In this document: positions 1 to 12,079 of the stretch, piece after piece
Position numbering within the stretch: the first letter of the stretch is position 1
Layout of the letters: every line of letters starts with the position of its first letter
Made by a program: the position numbers and the translations under genes
The notes under the pieces: generated by a model
The model's input: only the letters and a program-made list of their open reading frames with translations
Database searches by the model: none
Told to the model about the DNA's origin: nothing
Source: Octopus sinensis
Taxonomy: Eukaryota
Direction of reading: 5' to 3'
NCBI RefSeq assembly: GCF_006345805.1
Contig: NC_042999.1
Coordinates: 82,274,001 to 82,338,000, forward strand
DNA: 64,000 nt

Positions 1-61
1 ATATTGTATTTTGCGATCTGTTTAGTTTCTATTGAGTTATTAAAAAAATAATAAATGCGCC

Positions 62-405
62 CTTTTAAATCCTACCTAGGCTCATGAGCCAGGTTTTCCG
101 GTTTCAATGGCGTATGCCTTCCCCAGCCTGGACGGGACGCCAGTCCATCGCAGCGTTACTCATTTTTGCCAGTTGAGTGCCATCATTGTTGTCGTTGTTG
201 TTGTTTTTCTGTTATCTATTACAAAATAAATCTCAGATGGAATAACCAGTGAAACTTGGTGACAGCGTGGTTGATATAGTATTCGTAATAATCTGAAATG
301 AAGTGTTTTGCTCAAGAACATAACGCGTCGCCCGGTCCAGGAATCGAAACCTCAATTTTACGATCATGATGCTGTCACCCTAACTACTGAACCACGCGCC
401 TCCAC
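62..405 (-). mobile_element. tRNA-derived SINE (family C), interrupted by a templated insertion at 177-297
   Basis: Minus-strand head GTGGAGGCGCGTGGTTCAGTAGTTAGGG..GGTTTCGATTCC (A/B boxes); body CTGCGATGGACTGGCGTCC is shared with 38828-39130. Confidence 0.85.
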
Positions 406-562
406 TATTGAGTTGTTACTCCATAAGGAATATATTTGTTTATTGTGCCATCATAGTTGTCGTTGTTGTTTTTCTGTTATCTAATACAAAATAAATCTCA
501 GATGGAATAACCAGTGAAACTTGTTGACAGCGTGGTTGATATATTATTCATAATAATCTGAA
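177..562 (+). repeat. ~120 bp direct duplication (177-297 vs 445-562)
   Basis: GTGCCATCAT..AATAATCTGAA occurs twice, with a few substitutions and one TTG unit difference. Confidence 0.95.
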
Positions 563-825
563 TTTTTTGTTAAAGATATGTGTTTTTACATTTGCTTACA
601 CCTCACAGCGTGGATTGAAAATATCAATTTGTATTGGTGACATAAACTCCTTTTCAGTCACAATATCCTCGATTGGATATTTACTCAATTTTTATTCCGT
701 CAAGTTCATTATCGTACAATGATATGCATCATAAATTCAATATATATCACTATGCACAAAAAGCAAATTCTTTCAATATAGATGAGATCCTCCCAATCTT
801 ATCTCATTACATATTTTATATGTAA

Positions 826-970
<145 letters not shown>

Positions 971-1340
971 ACTCACAGAGAGAGGCAAATATGCAGAGAA
1001 ACAAATTAGGTACATCAAATTATGCTTATGGTAATCGCTAACCATACTTCGCCACCACAACCCCTCATTACTCACCCCACGCAGCCTTCCCAACCTCACA
1101 AATAAAATCCATCGTGACTTAGAATTTTTTAGCAGGTAAGATTTTAAACATCGACCCGGACATATGCAACATTCATGGGACTACTACTGGATGTTACCCG
1201 TTTAAATCTTGTTTTAAATTTTATCTGATTATGGGGGACACTATGTTAAGGTGTAATATTTATGGCTGCATTAAATAAATGAAATTATGCCCAAACCTCT
1301 GTATTTATGTTTTTGTACTTACGCCACACCTAGGACTTAC

Positions 1341-1450
1341 CGCTGTTCCATGGCTTAAATTGGATTTGGTAGCCTTCCAACACTTGATGTAATCAGTATG
1401 GTTTATTTCAATGTGATTGTATGTTATAGCACAGATCCACTTCTGGCGCC
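1341..1450 (-). CDS. Candidate internal coding exon (110 nt) of an unknown gene: RQKWICAITYNHIEINHTDYIKCWKATKSNLSHGTA
   Basis: Acceptor catctacttctAG and donor GCG|GTAAGT; only one frame is open; NHT and NLS sequons. Confidence 0.35.
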
Positions 1451-1499
1451 CTAGAAGTAGATGTGCATTGATAAAACCATAATAAAATTATATATAAAT

Positions 1500-2240
1500 C
1501 ATCCATGCACCTGCAGTCATGCTGGAGCACCAGCATAGCTTTGCTTTTTTCACATAATCACTCCTGCATGTGCTTTTGTCCCAGCTTTTGGCTCGTTTAG
1601 TGTATGAGGGAATTTGATTCCACCGCCCTCGTCTGTATCTTATGTCAGGCCGTTGTGGTTCGTCCGGTATCGTAGACAGGAAGGAGTCTTTTTCCTTTTT
1701 GAAGACATCTATGTCCACATTATGGAGATTTCTTAATTTTTCTGGCTGAGCATTAAAGCGCTGTGGGCCTTTCAACCCGAGTCTATTGCAGTACCTGGCC
1801 CTAAATTTACATGGAGTGGATGTTAATTTGGCATAATACAATGGCGCCCAGTTCTGGCATTTGTATAACATTTAATGCCGAAATTGGGTAGTAGCTCTTC
1901 TATAGTTTTCCATATGTAGATTATTAGATATATGTCGTATATTTTCTGAGCCTCTTCCCGTAGCTCATCCGCTGAAATGTTTCAATCTTTTTAATGTAGT
2001 GGCGTTGGAATTTTTCAGACACCGCTGTTTGTCTGGTATTTTGTGGTGACCTTAGCTTACAGCGGTAGTCGAGGTGGCTGAGAATAAAGATCTTCCAAAA
2101 GGTCAACGTAACACCGTGGTCTCTTGTCTTGAAGGTTCTTTGTATCCACTGTGCTAGTTGTTTGCTTTTCGCTACCATCTTGCTAATGTTCAAATGAAAT
2201 GATGCATCATTTCACATACTGATCACCAAGTCTTTTATGT
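1500..2240 (-). mobile_element. CR1/L2-group LINE, 3' part of ORF2 plus tail, decayed
   Basis: ORFs WIQRTFKTRD..ILSHLDY and KGPQRFN..VFKKEKDSFLSTIPDEP are typical post-RT C-terminal motifs; tail GGTGCTCCAGCATG. Confidence 0.85.
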
Positions 2241-2305
2241 ATATATTCATGCACGCACACAATCACATACACACACACACATACACACACACATACACAC
2301 ACACA

Positions 2306-2346
<41 letters not shown>

Positions 2347-2955
2347 CACAAGCACTCACATAGGCTGAAGTAGGATCGTACTCGACTTTGAAAACGCGCC
2401 TGAAGATATGACGAGAAAGAGAGATAGAGACCTACAGATAGAAAATATTTCTTGTTATTCAAACTTAAATAACGAACATTAATATAGAAATCTTGACCTA
2501 CATACACTCCGGCTCACAAACACTCACTTATGCACACTCTCACATACTCATGCGCATACTCATTCAAGATTACGCCTGCTGTAGAAGTACTTTTACAAGA
2601 GCCTTATAAATGGTACGTAGAGTATTTTTGATTAATTGTATATACCCGACCACACACATTCACTGAGAAGCACAAACGCCATCCAGTAATTGATTTTTCG
2701 TTCCTGATTAAAGAATTGATTAATTCGTGTCCTATTTTGACATTAAAGAGGGAATTTATAAAAAATGAATAAAAAGGAAAAGCAACAATAGTAGACTATG
2801 CTTCGCAAATAAATAGCGCATTCAAAAGCATTACGAATATATCCTCTAACCTCGTTTATACTTTTTTTTAATTCACACTTATTCACCTACCACCCGCTGA
2901 CAAAAAAAAACGATATAATCGTAAGTTTGCGTGTGCTGTGTGTATAAGTACATAT

Positions 2956-2956
<1 letters not shown>

Positions 2957-3019
<63 letters not shown>

Positions 3020-3039
3020 CATCATCATCATCATCATCA

Positions 3040-3071
<32 letters not shown>
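2957..3071. repeat. (ATT)n(ATC)n microsatellite forming the 3' tail/target of the adjacent RLE LINE
   Basis: Direct reading. Confidence 0.95.
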
Positions 3072-3072
<1 letters not shown>

Positions 3073-3320
3073 GAAACCTCACAGCTTATTTTGCTGGATA
3101 TGATGGAAAGTGTCCGCTGTCCACAACCAGCAGAATAATGTGAAACTTGTTTACTGGTCATGCTTTAAGAACCCTGCGAAGAATTCTTGCATTTCCACGC
3201 AAAGCTGATTTTTGTAGGTGTACACTTGCAACGGTCATTTTCAGCCATGTTGGTGGTTGAGTGCTAATACTTCCAAGGGCACCAATTACTATTTGTATCA
3301 CGTCTACATTGACCACAACC
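3072..3320 (-). mobile_element. R4/Dong-type RLE LINE 3' end fragment
   Basis: Manual translation VIQIVIGALGS..LQKSALRGNARILRRVLKA* parallels VIPVAIGAL..LQKAALLGIAFVLRKVL of the neighbouring element; ends in (AAT)n. Confidence 0.8.
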
Positions 3321-3392
3321 TTCGTATTTTCCACTTTAAATCGTCGTAGTTGTTTATTTTACTTCTTCTTTCACATTATCGTTATTATTATC

Positions 3393-3466
<74 letters not shown>

Positions 3467-3468
<2 letters not shown>

Positions 3469-6400
3469 CTTCGTAACACAGAGTAGGTAAAAATGCCTCG
3501 GGGTCTTTAGTCATCAGTCAAGTCACAAGAAGGAAATCAGACAGATAATACTTTCCTTAAGACGAACGCTATGCCCAATAACGCAGCTTTTTGCAAGACA
3601 TCAATCTTGCATGTGATTTCCAATTGCCTTAAAAAGTTTTCAAGTTTCAATGCGATTGAGACCAACGCTCCGATCGCCACTGGTATCACTTTTACATTAC
3701 CCTCTTGCATTCCATACAGTCTTGTCATTTCCAGTTTTAATTTGGAGTACTTGGTGATTTTTTAAACCTCTTTACTCACAACATTCATGTCATTTGGTAT
3801 GGCTCCATCAATGATTTGACAGTATTTGTCTCTCTTATTCAATATGACATAATCGGCTGACGGTGTTCGATTACACGATCCGTCTGAAAATCATTGTCGC
3901 AGAGCATCATTACTCTTCCATCCTCCTGCATAACTTTACGTGGTACATGCTCATACCATTTCTGTGTTACTTTATATTAATATTTACGGCATAAGAGCCA
4001 ATGAAGATATACACACACACTTTATGGTGGTAGCGCTTGCTTGTACTCTTTTTGTGCAAGGCTCTCACATCCACTTACCATGTGAGTCGCACTTTCCACA
4101 CTCTTTCCACAGTCTGCATTTTTGGGTGTCAGAAGATTTAAACATGTTATACTTCACTGAATTGGTAGCGAGAGCCTGGTCTTCAGCAGCAATGATCAAG
4201 CTTTCGGTGGTACGCTTCAAATCACATCGCTCAAGCTATGCTCACGGTACTGTATTATCCTTAACGTTTTGTGTATTCCTTTGAAACTATCCATGCATTC
4301 TCATTTCAAGAAGGTCTTCTTTTCTCTTCGCCTCAGCTCTTTGGTTAAACTTTTCGTTGCACATCATTTCATCTGCATTTATACCCCTATCTATCGCGGC
4401 AGGTCTTCATCAGTATTTATCAAATACTCGGTAAGCGTTCTTCTTTCACTCCTTATACAATGTTCTATACTAATTAGTCCCCTGCCACCATTCTGTCTTT
4501 TCATATATAGTCTGTTTATGTTTGCTTTGGGGTGTAGCGCCCCATGCAGCGTTCTCAACTTTCTCGTTCTTCTATCGAATGTTGATATTTCCTCTTTTGT
4601 CCATTTGAGTATGTACCTACTATATCTGACTACTGCAAATACCTAGCTATTCTTTGTGGTAATCAAATTTTCTGCATTCAGGTTGGATTTCAACACTATC
4701 TTCACCCTTTCTTGATAAGCCTCGCTGACATTGACTTTCATTTCTCTGTATAGAATGCCCTCCAGCTCCAAAATCCCTAAATATCTAGGCCCACTACCGT
4801 CGGATTCACCCATGGTCTCTCCTAATGTTAACCGTAATCCTCTGTAGGATACTTTATTCCCTCTTTTCATATTAAGTACTGAGCATTTGGTAATCCCAAA
4901 TTCCATGCCGATGTCCCTCCCACACTTCTGGGCTGTTTTGGTTAAGGAATCTATCTGTTTTTCAGATTTCCCAAACAATTTCAGGTCATCCATAAACAGA
5001 AGACGGTTCAATGATGGGCTTTTCTTTCCACATCGGCAACCCATCTTAACTTTCCTAAATGTCATTTTTATGGGTATTACTGCAAATACAAAAAGTAACT
5101 GAGAAAACGAGTCACCTTAGAAGATTTCCCTTTTAATATTAACTTCTCCAAGGAATACATTACTTGAGTACAATTTGGTTTTCCACTCTTTCATGCTATG
5201 CATCAGAAAATTGGTGGTGTTGTCAGCAACACCAATCATCTGCGGGCATTCAACGATGCAAGAATGAGGCACCATATCACATGCCTTCTTAAAGTCATGT
5301 TGGTATGATGTTTTTTACAATACCTCAAATCTGTTTTTTCGATGATCAAGAACTCTTACTACATCCTTTTTGTTCCCTTGGTAGTATTTTTTACTGTGCC
5401 ATGAAAGAGTATGACTTTGCCGCACTTCTTCCATTGTCTTCCAGATTATGTTTAGGCATGTTATGGGGCGGTAGTTTCCTACAATATTCCCCTTTCTTCT
5501 ATCTTTCATTACAAGTATAGTCCTCCTAGTCACCCTCAACGCGGGGACACACTCATTCAATTAGGCTGCTAGTCCTTCATACACCACGTGGCATCTCTTG
5601 AGCCAGAAGCCATGAATATCATCTGGTCTGGGTGCTTTCCAGTTAAGCACTTTACCCACTTGTTCTTTCACATCACCCGTGTTTATGACAATATTCTTTT
5701 GTTTCTTTTCTCCTCGTAATTCTCTGTTGATAGTTCCTATCCACATTGCATCCCCTTCATGCACCTCATTGTTTCCCCATAATCCGCTCCAGAACTCCTT
5801 GGATTTAACTGCATCAGGGTCAACATTTTCCCTATTGTCTCCTCCTAACGTTTGGAAGAATTGCTTCTTGTTATTTTTGAACAATCTGCTCTCCTCGAAC
5901 TCCTTTTTCTTTTCACAAATTTGATCTTCTGGCTTTTTGCCATGGTCCTCTGTTTTAACTGCTCTATTACTGCATCACACACGTTCTTTCATATTTTATA
6001 TTTCTTTTCTTCTCTAATTTTTCTCGGTCGGTCTTTTTCCCATTTTCCCAGTATCCTCTTACCATTGCTCAATTTTTCCTAGATCTTGCCTTGCCCCCAT
6101 TATGTCCCTTTCAATGCGTCGTGTCCACCATGGTTCGTTTGCTCCACCATATTTTGTTCTCTTAAGTTGTAACTTCTCTTCAACAAGTAGCGCAATACTC
6201 GGAGAAGATTTCTTGTTTGTCTTATGTCTTGGATGTATGGTATGACAGTATTATTCTTTTGCGCTACTTTATTTATCATATTCCTATCTACCCTTTTCGT
6301 ATTCATGGGGATTTTTCCTTCTGGATCATTCATCAAGTCGGTGAGTCATCTTTGAATTTCAAGCAACTCATTATCTAGTTGATTCATTCCCCTGCATTTC

Positions 6401-6690
6401 CGCCCACTACAGTATCAGGGCTCAGTGTTTAACGTTCCTGTTCATCATCCTTAACAGTTCCATCACCATTCCCCAGTATCTCTTTTCTACTCTTCTCCCT
6501 GCTTTCAACTTCTACCTCTCTGCTTTCAACTCCGACCATCCTTTGTAGCCCATCCGCAGGGTCTCTCAGACTCTCACTAATCAAAGATATTGCTACTCCT
6601 GTTAAATAAAAATTCCTCCTAAACACTCTCACTTGGTTCATTAGTTTATTTTCTGACATAGGATACTCCCCCCACTACTTCTGCTCGTGA
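3467..6690 (-). mobile_element. R4/Dong-clade non-LTR retrotransposon (RT + restriction-like endonuclease), frameshifted, 5'-truncated
   Basis: NWKAPRPDDIHGFWLK, NYRPITCL, LLFMDDLKLF (RT); IIDGAIP and VIPVAIGAL..LQKAALLG (RLE); 3' end runs into (TAA)n at 3375-3466. Confidence 0.92.
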
Positions 6691-6949
6691 TCAGAGAAGC
6701 ACATATTGTTAGCCACTGAGAGACATCCCCAACTGAAACATAACAATAGTATTTCTCTCTTTCATATCGTGATGGGTCCGTTTGGCCAATAAAAGAAATC
6801 CTCAACCATAGTAGTGCGTTGCAAGTGATACATAAGAAAGGATGCTTAATATACCAGGGTGTGTATGTGTTTGTGTGTGTGTTTGTGTGCAAGTATCTGT
6901 ATGTGTGTGTTTGTGTACGAGTGTGAGTGTGTATGTGTGTGTAGTATAG

Positions 6950-7200
6950 TTACCAATTCGACTAGAGACGTAAAGTCTTTTGGCCATATCAAGAACATAT
7001 AGGCACTACTTCCTATCAAGTGGAGCATCGTAGAGAGACTCAGGCCATAAATTAGAAAGTCACAATCATAACGGCTTCAGGGAGCAGAAAAGTGCATTTC
7101 CTTATTAGATCGAAGAGCAGTACCAAATTCCTTAAAAAGAACTCAGGTTATCTTCACAGGGTGTATGCAGCTCCAAAAATGCATGGTAGGTACCACCCTA
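6950..7200 (+). mobile_element. Penelope-like (Neptune-type) endonuclease C-terminal relic
   Basis: Manual translation across stops and frameshifts: IKWSIVERLRP*, AEKCISLL, PNSLKRTQVIFTGCM resemble the PLE GIY-YIG C-terminus. Confidence 0.5.
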
Positions 7201-7681
7201 TTCGCATAAGAAACAGCTTAACTTAATTTTTGACGTTATCCCAATCAATTACTTCAACTTCACAGAGTTTTTCTGAGCATCAACTAGGTTAAAGCTAAAA
7301 CATTCAACGTAATCAATGATCTTTTAATGGAATATTCCAGATTCCATGGAATAAATTATCTAGCTTAAGGCATTTCTTATATTTTCTCGTTTTCTTTATG
7401 TATATTTATGGGGTTTTTTTTCTCGCACAACCACACGAATAGACATACTATAAGCGGGAAACATATCCGGATCATGTGCTACGCACATACATGTTCAACT
7501 AGTTACTGAACTATCGAGCATGAAAGTTTAAGTAGCACATTTATAATTCCTGAATTTCCGATTCCCACCGCTCCCTCTCTCTCTATCCTCCTCTCTCTCC
7601 CTCTCTCTCCTCCTCTCTCTCCCTCTCTCTCTCTCTCCCTCTCTCTCTCTCTCCCTCTCTCTCCTTCTCTCTCTTTCTCTG

Positions 7682-7713
<32 letters not shown>

Positions 7714-8744
7714 CATGTATGTATATATATATATATGTACATACACTGATATATGCATACATTCATACACACTTCAATACAGGCACATATACACACGAAA
7801 ATCATATGCATTCTATAATATATTCTGTATTGTTATGTAAATTACTAATAATAGCATTATGTGAGATTAAGAGAGTTCTGTTCCAGCGCGTTCTCACCAT
7901 TTATCATAAAAGGTGGATAACACAACTTTGTTATCGAATAACATCTGAAGTGTGAAATGCATTTACGGATGGATATTGACTTTCGAATTTACGGATTATA
8001 ACAGTCTTCACACTTCAAAAGTTACTATAATTAAAAAGCATTAACCCTCTTGAATTAAAGGACAATACAGATGATGCCTTTGATAAATTTGTAATCCAGC
8101 CTGAAATAAAGCTTAGAGTTTTGGAGAAAGACGAAAATCATAAAATGGATTTATTTGTATTAAATTCTCAGCAGACAGCAGTCAATGACTACACTGAAAT
8201 AGAACAGCCTGAAATTACAAAAGAAGAGACAGTAGATAGCTTTACGAACCACTTGTACCAATTGCTTAGATAGATTCTCAGGTGTAAATGGCGAGATAGA
8301 CTTCGAAATAGAGGCATAAAAATATTATTCGTATTTTATAGTTATTCTTTGAATAAACAGTATGGGTTTACCCAGTTCTTGTACGAGAGCGAATGGTTTT
8401 ATTTCGTCTACTATATTAGTAGCATTGTACTCTGTTAATGAATAAAGTAAAATTGTTGGAAACAATGATATGGACAAACTATTCAAGGCTTCTCAGTTTT
8501 CTGAGACAAATAATAACATATCGTAGATATTTTGTCTTTTCTGGATTATTCCATTACATTATTACAAATGCTTTTTGACTAGAATTTAGCAGCTTAGCCG
8601 ATCGAAAGAAAAAACTGTTTTGCTGTTGGACAAAAGTACTTGCATACAGTAGAGATTATCCATATGTTGATATATAATGTTCAAAGTATAAAACAGTTGG
8701 ACAATTTACAAAAGTATTTCAAAACTTTTCTAACGTTATTTTTT

Positions 8745-9040
8745 CCTCTAGTTTCAGCTCAGAGTTGCGGCCATGCTGATGCACCACCGTTTTGCTACAC
8801 TGTTATTACTAAGAGCCTCCTCTAATATGTGACACTTGGTGAAGCATGGAGTTTGATATAGCTACCCTCATTTGCACCTCTTGCCGTGAGGTAGGCTTAT
8901 CTGGGACTCTTGACAGGAAGAGGTCCAGCTTTGATTTAAAAACCCCTACATCTACTCAAACTCTTTGGAGGAATATTAAAAAGCCGTGGACCCTTGAAAC
9001 CCAGGCTGTAGATATTATTATTCATGTAATGCCATTAAAT
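8745..9040 (-). mobile_element. CR1/L2-group LINE 3' end (second subfamily)
   Basis: Minus translation VDVGVFKSKLDLFLSRVPDKPTSRQEVQMRVAISNSMLHQV; tail GGTGGTGCATCAGCATGGCCGCAACTCTGAGCTGAAAC. Confidence 0.85.
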
Positions 9041-9210
9041 ACCTAATGGCAAATGTCATTTGGGCGCTGTAAATTGGTTAAGTAAATGATGCCTGTGGTA
9101 AAGAATAGTTTTTGATACGAGAAAGGTACTGAAGGTAAGTGTCTTCTCCCAGGTTTCTTCCTCCTGTTTACAAGTGCATACTCTAACAAGAATCGCCAGT
9201 TTTCACCTAC

Positions 9211-9560
9211 CTTCTCTTTGCCACCACCTCTTTTCCCAACAAATTGAACATAGAAAATTGAAATGACAATAAACAAAAATATATTCTGGCCAAAGCCCAA
9301 AGTACTTCACTACAAGTTCTCTCAGTAATATGTGTGAATATATAGTGAAAACGGAAACTATTAAGTCGTATTACAAAATACCCCTTGATGGAAACGAGGT
9401 AAATATTCGAGGTACATCAATTATAAAGGTACCAGTAAACAATTTGTACATCGTAAATGAATTTAGCTGCTTGAAATATCATATTCCACAAAATCATCCC
9501 ACTATCATTTACATCTGATTGAAATTCACAGTAAAGAGAAATCCATTTCGACTGTAACAC
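9211..9560 (-). other. Candidate 350-nt exon; frame 0 open except for one TGA
   Basis: Acceptor tttcaattcccaacttgcAG|G and donor AG|GTAGGT; 116 codons with a single TGA at codon 48. Confidence 0.25.
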
Positions 9561-10598
9561 CTGCAAGTTGGGAATTGAAATTTATTATCTTTGGCAAAAC
9601 TTCAAAACATCAAATATTCATAAACTTTAGGCGCATCGACTAATGTAAATCTATAAAACTACAGAACGAAGAATGCTGACTTGCATTCATGAAAACCAAA
9701 ATCTTTGCTTTCCAGACTTATAGAGATCTACATATCTTCAGCATTATTCTTACATTTACACGAATGCTGCTAAGACCACTGAAGTAAACCAATCATTATA
9801 ATGGCTGAAGCATGCAACAGGGGAAATCCCTCAAAAGGCATTCATATGAAGCATTAATGATGTTAAGCATGGGTGAGTGATGCTACATATCGTGAGGTTC
9901 TCTTTAGCCAACCGAATATGCTTTTTAGGTATGTAACAGTAAAAGGTATGTAATAGTAAAAGAAAGAAATTATTAAAGGCTTGATCGTCTGGAAATATTT
10001 TTTATATATTCATTTTCCAAGAAATTTCCTGTAATTTCGATTTCTGAATTTTATTGAATATTTGAACTACATGTTTTTCCCAAATTTAAATATTCGTTGC
10101 ATTCACTGCGGAGAAGATTTTAATGTAACAAAATTAATTTGTTCCAGGCGAAATTTTCCGTTTTCATTTGCAACTGTCTCTTACTCACTCTTGCTTCTAT
10201 TTTCATTAATGATAATTTAGTAAATGTTCATTTCAATGCTTTCATATCAAGTTTTAATTCGCTATTTGCAAAACCCACAATTTATTTTATATACGAAATG
10301 TAAAAAAAAATTATTGAATGAATGCTATTAGACAAAATAGGTCTATAACTTGGACGCTTATGATACGAGGCACAATTTAAGTTTCCGGAGTTTGTTAAAT
10401 GAATATTTTTCATAAAATGAAAATTTTAAACCATATTGCTATAGTTAAAATAAAAAATCAAGAAATAATTTTGTTGGTATGTCTGTTTGGAACACTATAA
10501 ACCTTACAATAATAACTGTGATCGCTGCTCTCCCTAACACGCTAAATACAGTTGGGTTACCTTGCAGTTCGTTTACATTAAAAATTTATTACAGCTTT

Positions 10599-10722
10599 GG
10601 GTATATAGTGTAGTGCTTAAGAGCGCGGGCTACTAACCCCAAGATTCCGAGTTCGATTCCAGGCAGTGACCTGAATAATAATAATAATAATAATGATAAT
10701 AATAATAATAATAATAATAATA

Positions 10723-10753
<31 letters not shown>

Positions 10754-10925
10754 TATAATGATGATGATGATGATAACATCGAAAAACACCTTAAGGATAA
10801 GTATGCAGGTTCGAAATTTCTCCATAACACCTGATGAAGGCTGGAGGGTATATCAGCCGATACGTTGTGTTAACAACAAACAAGATGAAAACAAATATCC
10901 GTCAAATGTAAATAATGTAAATATT
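10599..10925 (+). mobile_element. tRNA-headed, microsatellite-bodied, hammerhead-bearing element (solo Penelope pLTR or SINE-like copy)
   Basis: 73-nt tRNA-like head 10599-10671 (B box GAGTTCGATTCC), (AAT)n(GAT)n 10674-10773, hammerhead 10825-10872; homologous to 49121-49394. Confidence 0.85.
10825..10872 (+). ncRNA. Minimal type I hammerhead ribozyme motif (GAAA mutated to GATA)
   Basis: TAACAC-CTGATGA-A-GGCTG(10 nt)CAGCC-GATA-CG-TT-GTGTTA; stem I TAACAC/GTGTTA, stem II GGCTG/CAGCC. Confidence 0.8.
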
Positions 10926-11315
10926 ATAAATAATGTATTTTGATGTTTGTCTAAAAAAAGCGAGATTATAACGGGGATAAAATAATGAAAGCAATATATA
11001 CTAAGGGAGCACTATTATACAAAGAAATAATCAGATGCAAAATATAAAAATGATTAGAATTGGTACTCAAATGTGAAACTATCATCAAGTGAGTTGCAGA
11101 AAACCGCCCGTAGGGCAGTCTTTCTGCTTGTATATGTAAACATAAGATCCAAGGATCGAGTGGTAGGAAGAATGTTAGCTTCAAGCAATCGTAGTAAATA
11201 TCAAAAACAACTTTCAAGGACAACATATACAAACACGCATGCACACATGTGTGAGTAGTGTGTATTGTGTTGGTGTGTGCTCTGTATGCATATTGCCTTT
11301 ATATATGTATACATA

Positions 11316-12075
11316 CAGGGTATGTAAGGTATTTGGGGACATACCTTTTTTAGGTCATTATTGCATTTTTGCAAACTCTGTATAATCATTGTTTCAGAAA
11401 ATAATAATGGCAGACACTCAGCTTGCTCTAGAAATGAAGAGGCATGCAGTTATTGTAGTTTTAAAGGCTGAGCATAGCGATTTAGAATTATCTCGATTTC
11501 TAAAAGTTGCCAGATCTTTCGTCTACAAAATTTGTAAGGAGCTAGAGACTGAAGATAGAAACGTATCACCAGTATTAAAGCATAAAAAGCATTCTAAACG
11601 CTCTGAAATTATCAGAAACTTTGAATTTATCCAGCAAGTTCAACAGACCATTCATTACAACCCCAAAAAGTATAAGAAGGAACACTAAGAAATGTTGTCC
11701 ACGAAGACATCAGATATAAATCTTATATGATGGGGAAAGGCCAGTTTGTCAGGAAAGGCAAAAGAATATCATTACATCAGATCTAAAAGGCTCTTAAAGA
11801 ACTGAAGAAACTGAAAACTCCAGCAGATTTGATTTGGTTTTACTCAAATGAGAAAAACTTCGACCAAGATCAAAGTTTAACAGAAGAAATGACAGATGGT
11901 GATGTGCAGATCCTTCTGAAGTTCCAAATGTTATGCATACAAAATTTCCTGAAACTCTTATGGTTGTCAGCAATGAAGGACATGTGATGCCTCCTTACTT
12001 CTTTCCACAATGCCTTAGAGTTAACTCTGTCGCCTACGTTGAGGTCCTGGAAATAACTGTGAAGACCTGGATAGA
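11316..12075 (+). mobile_element. Tc1/mariner (maT/DD37D-like) transposon: left end plus decayed transposase, 3'-truncated
   Basis: TA-CAGGGT terminus; HTH region MKRHAVIVVLKAEHSDLELSRFLKVARSFVYK; WFYSNEKNFDQDQ and MHTKFPETLMVVSNEGHVMPPYFFPQ. Confidence 0.88.
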
Positions 12076-12079
12076 TATA

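Noticed and set aside
1125-1141. Recursive-splice-like motif TTTTTTAGCAG|GTAAGA
   Set aside because: A single short motif on the strand opposite the candidate gene.
8031-8274. ~80 open codons, acidic and protein-like (SINPLELKDNTDDAF..)
   Set aside because: No good acceptor or early start and no recognisable family; cannot be supported without a search.
9716-9872. Plus-strand segment with good acceptor and donor
   Set aside because: Stops in all three frames; shows that splice-site pairs occur by chance here.
10599-10671. Functional tRNA gene (apparent anticodon ACT)
   Set aside because: Acceptor and T stems pair poorly, there is no terminator, and it is embedded in a repeat. The same applies to 49322-49394 and all SINE heads.
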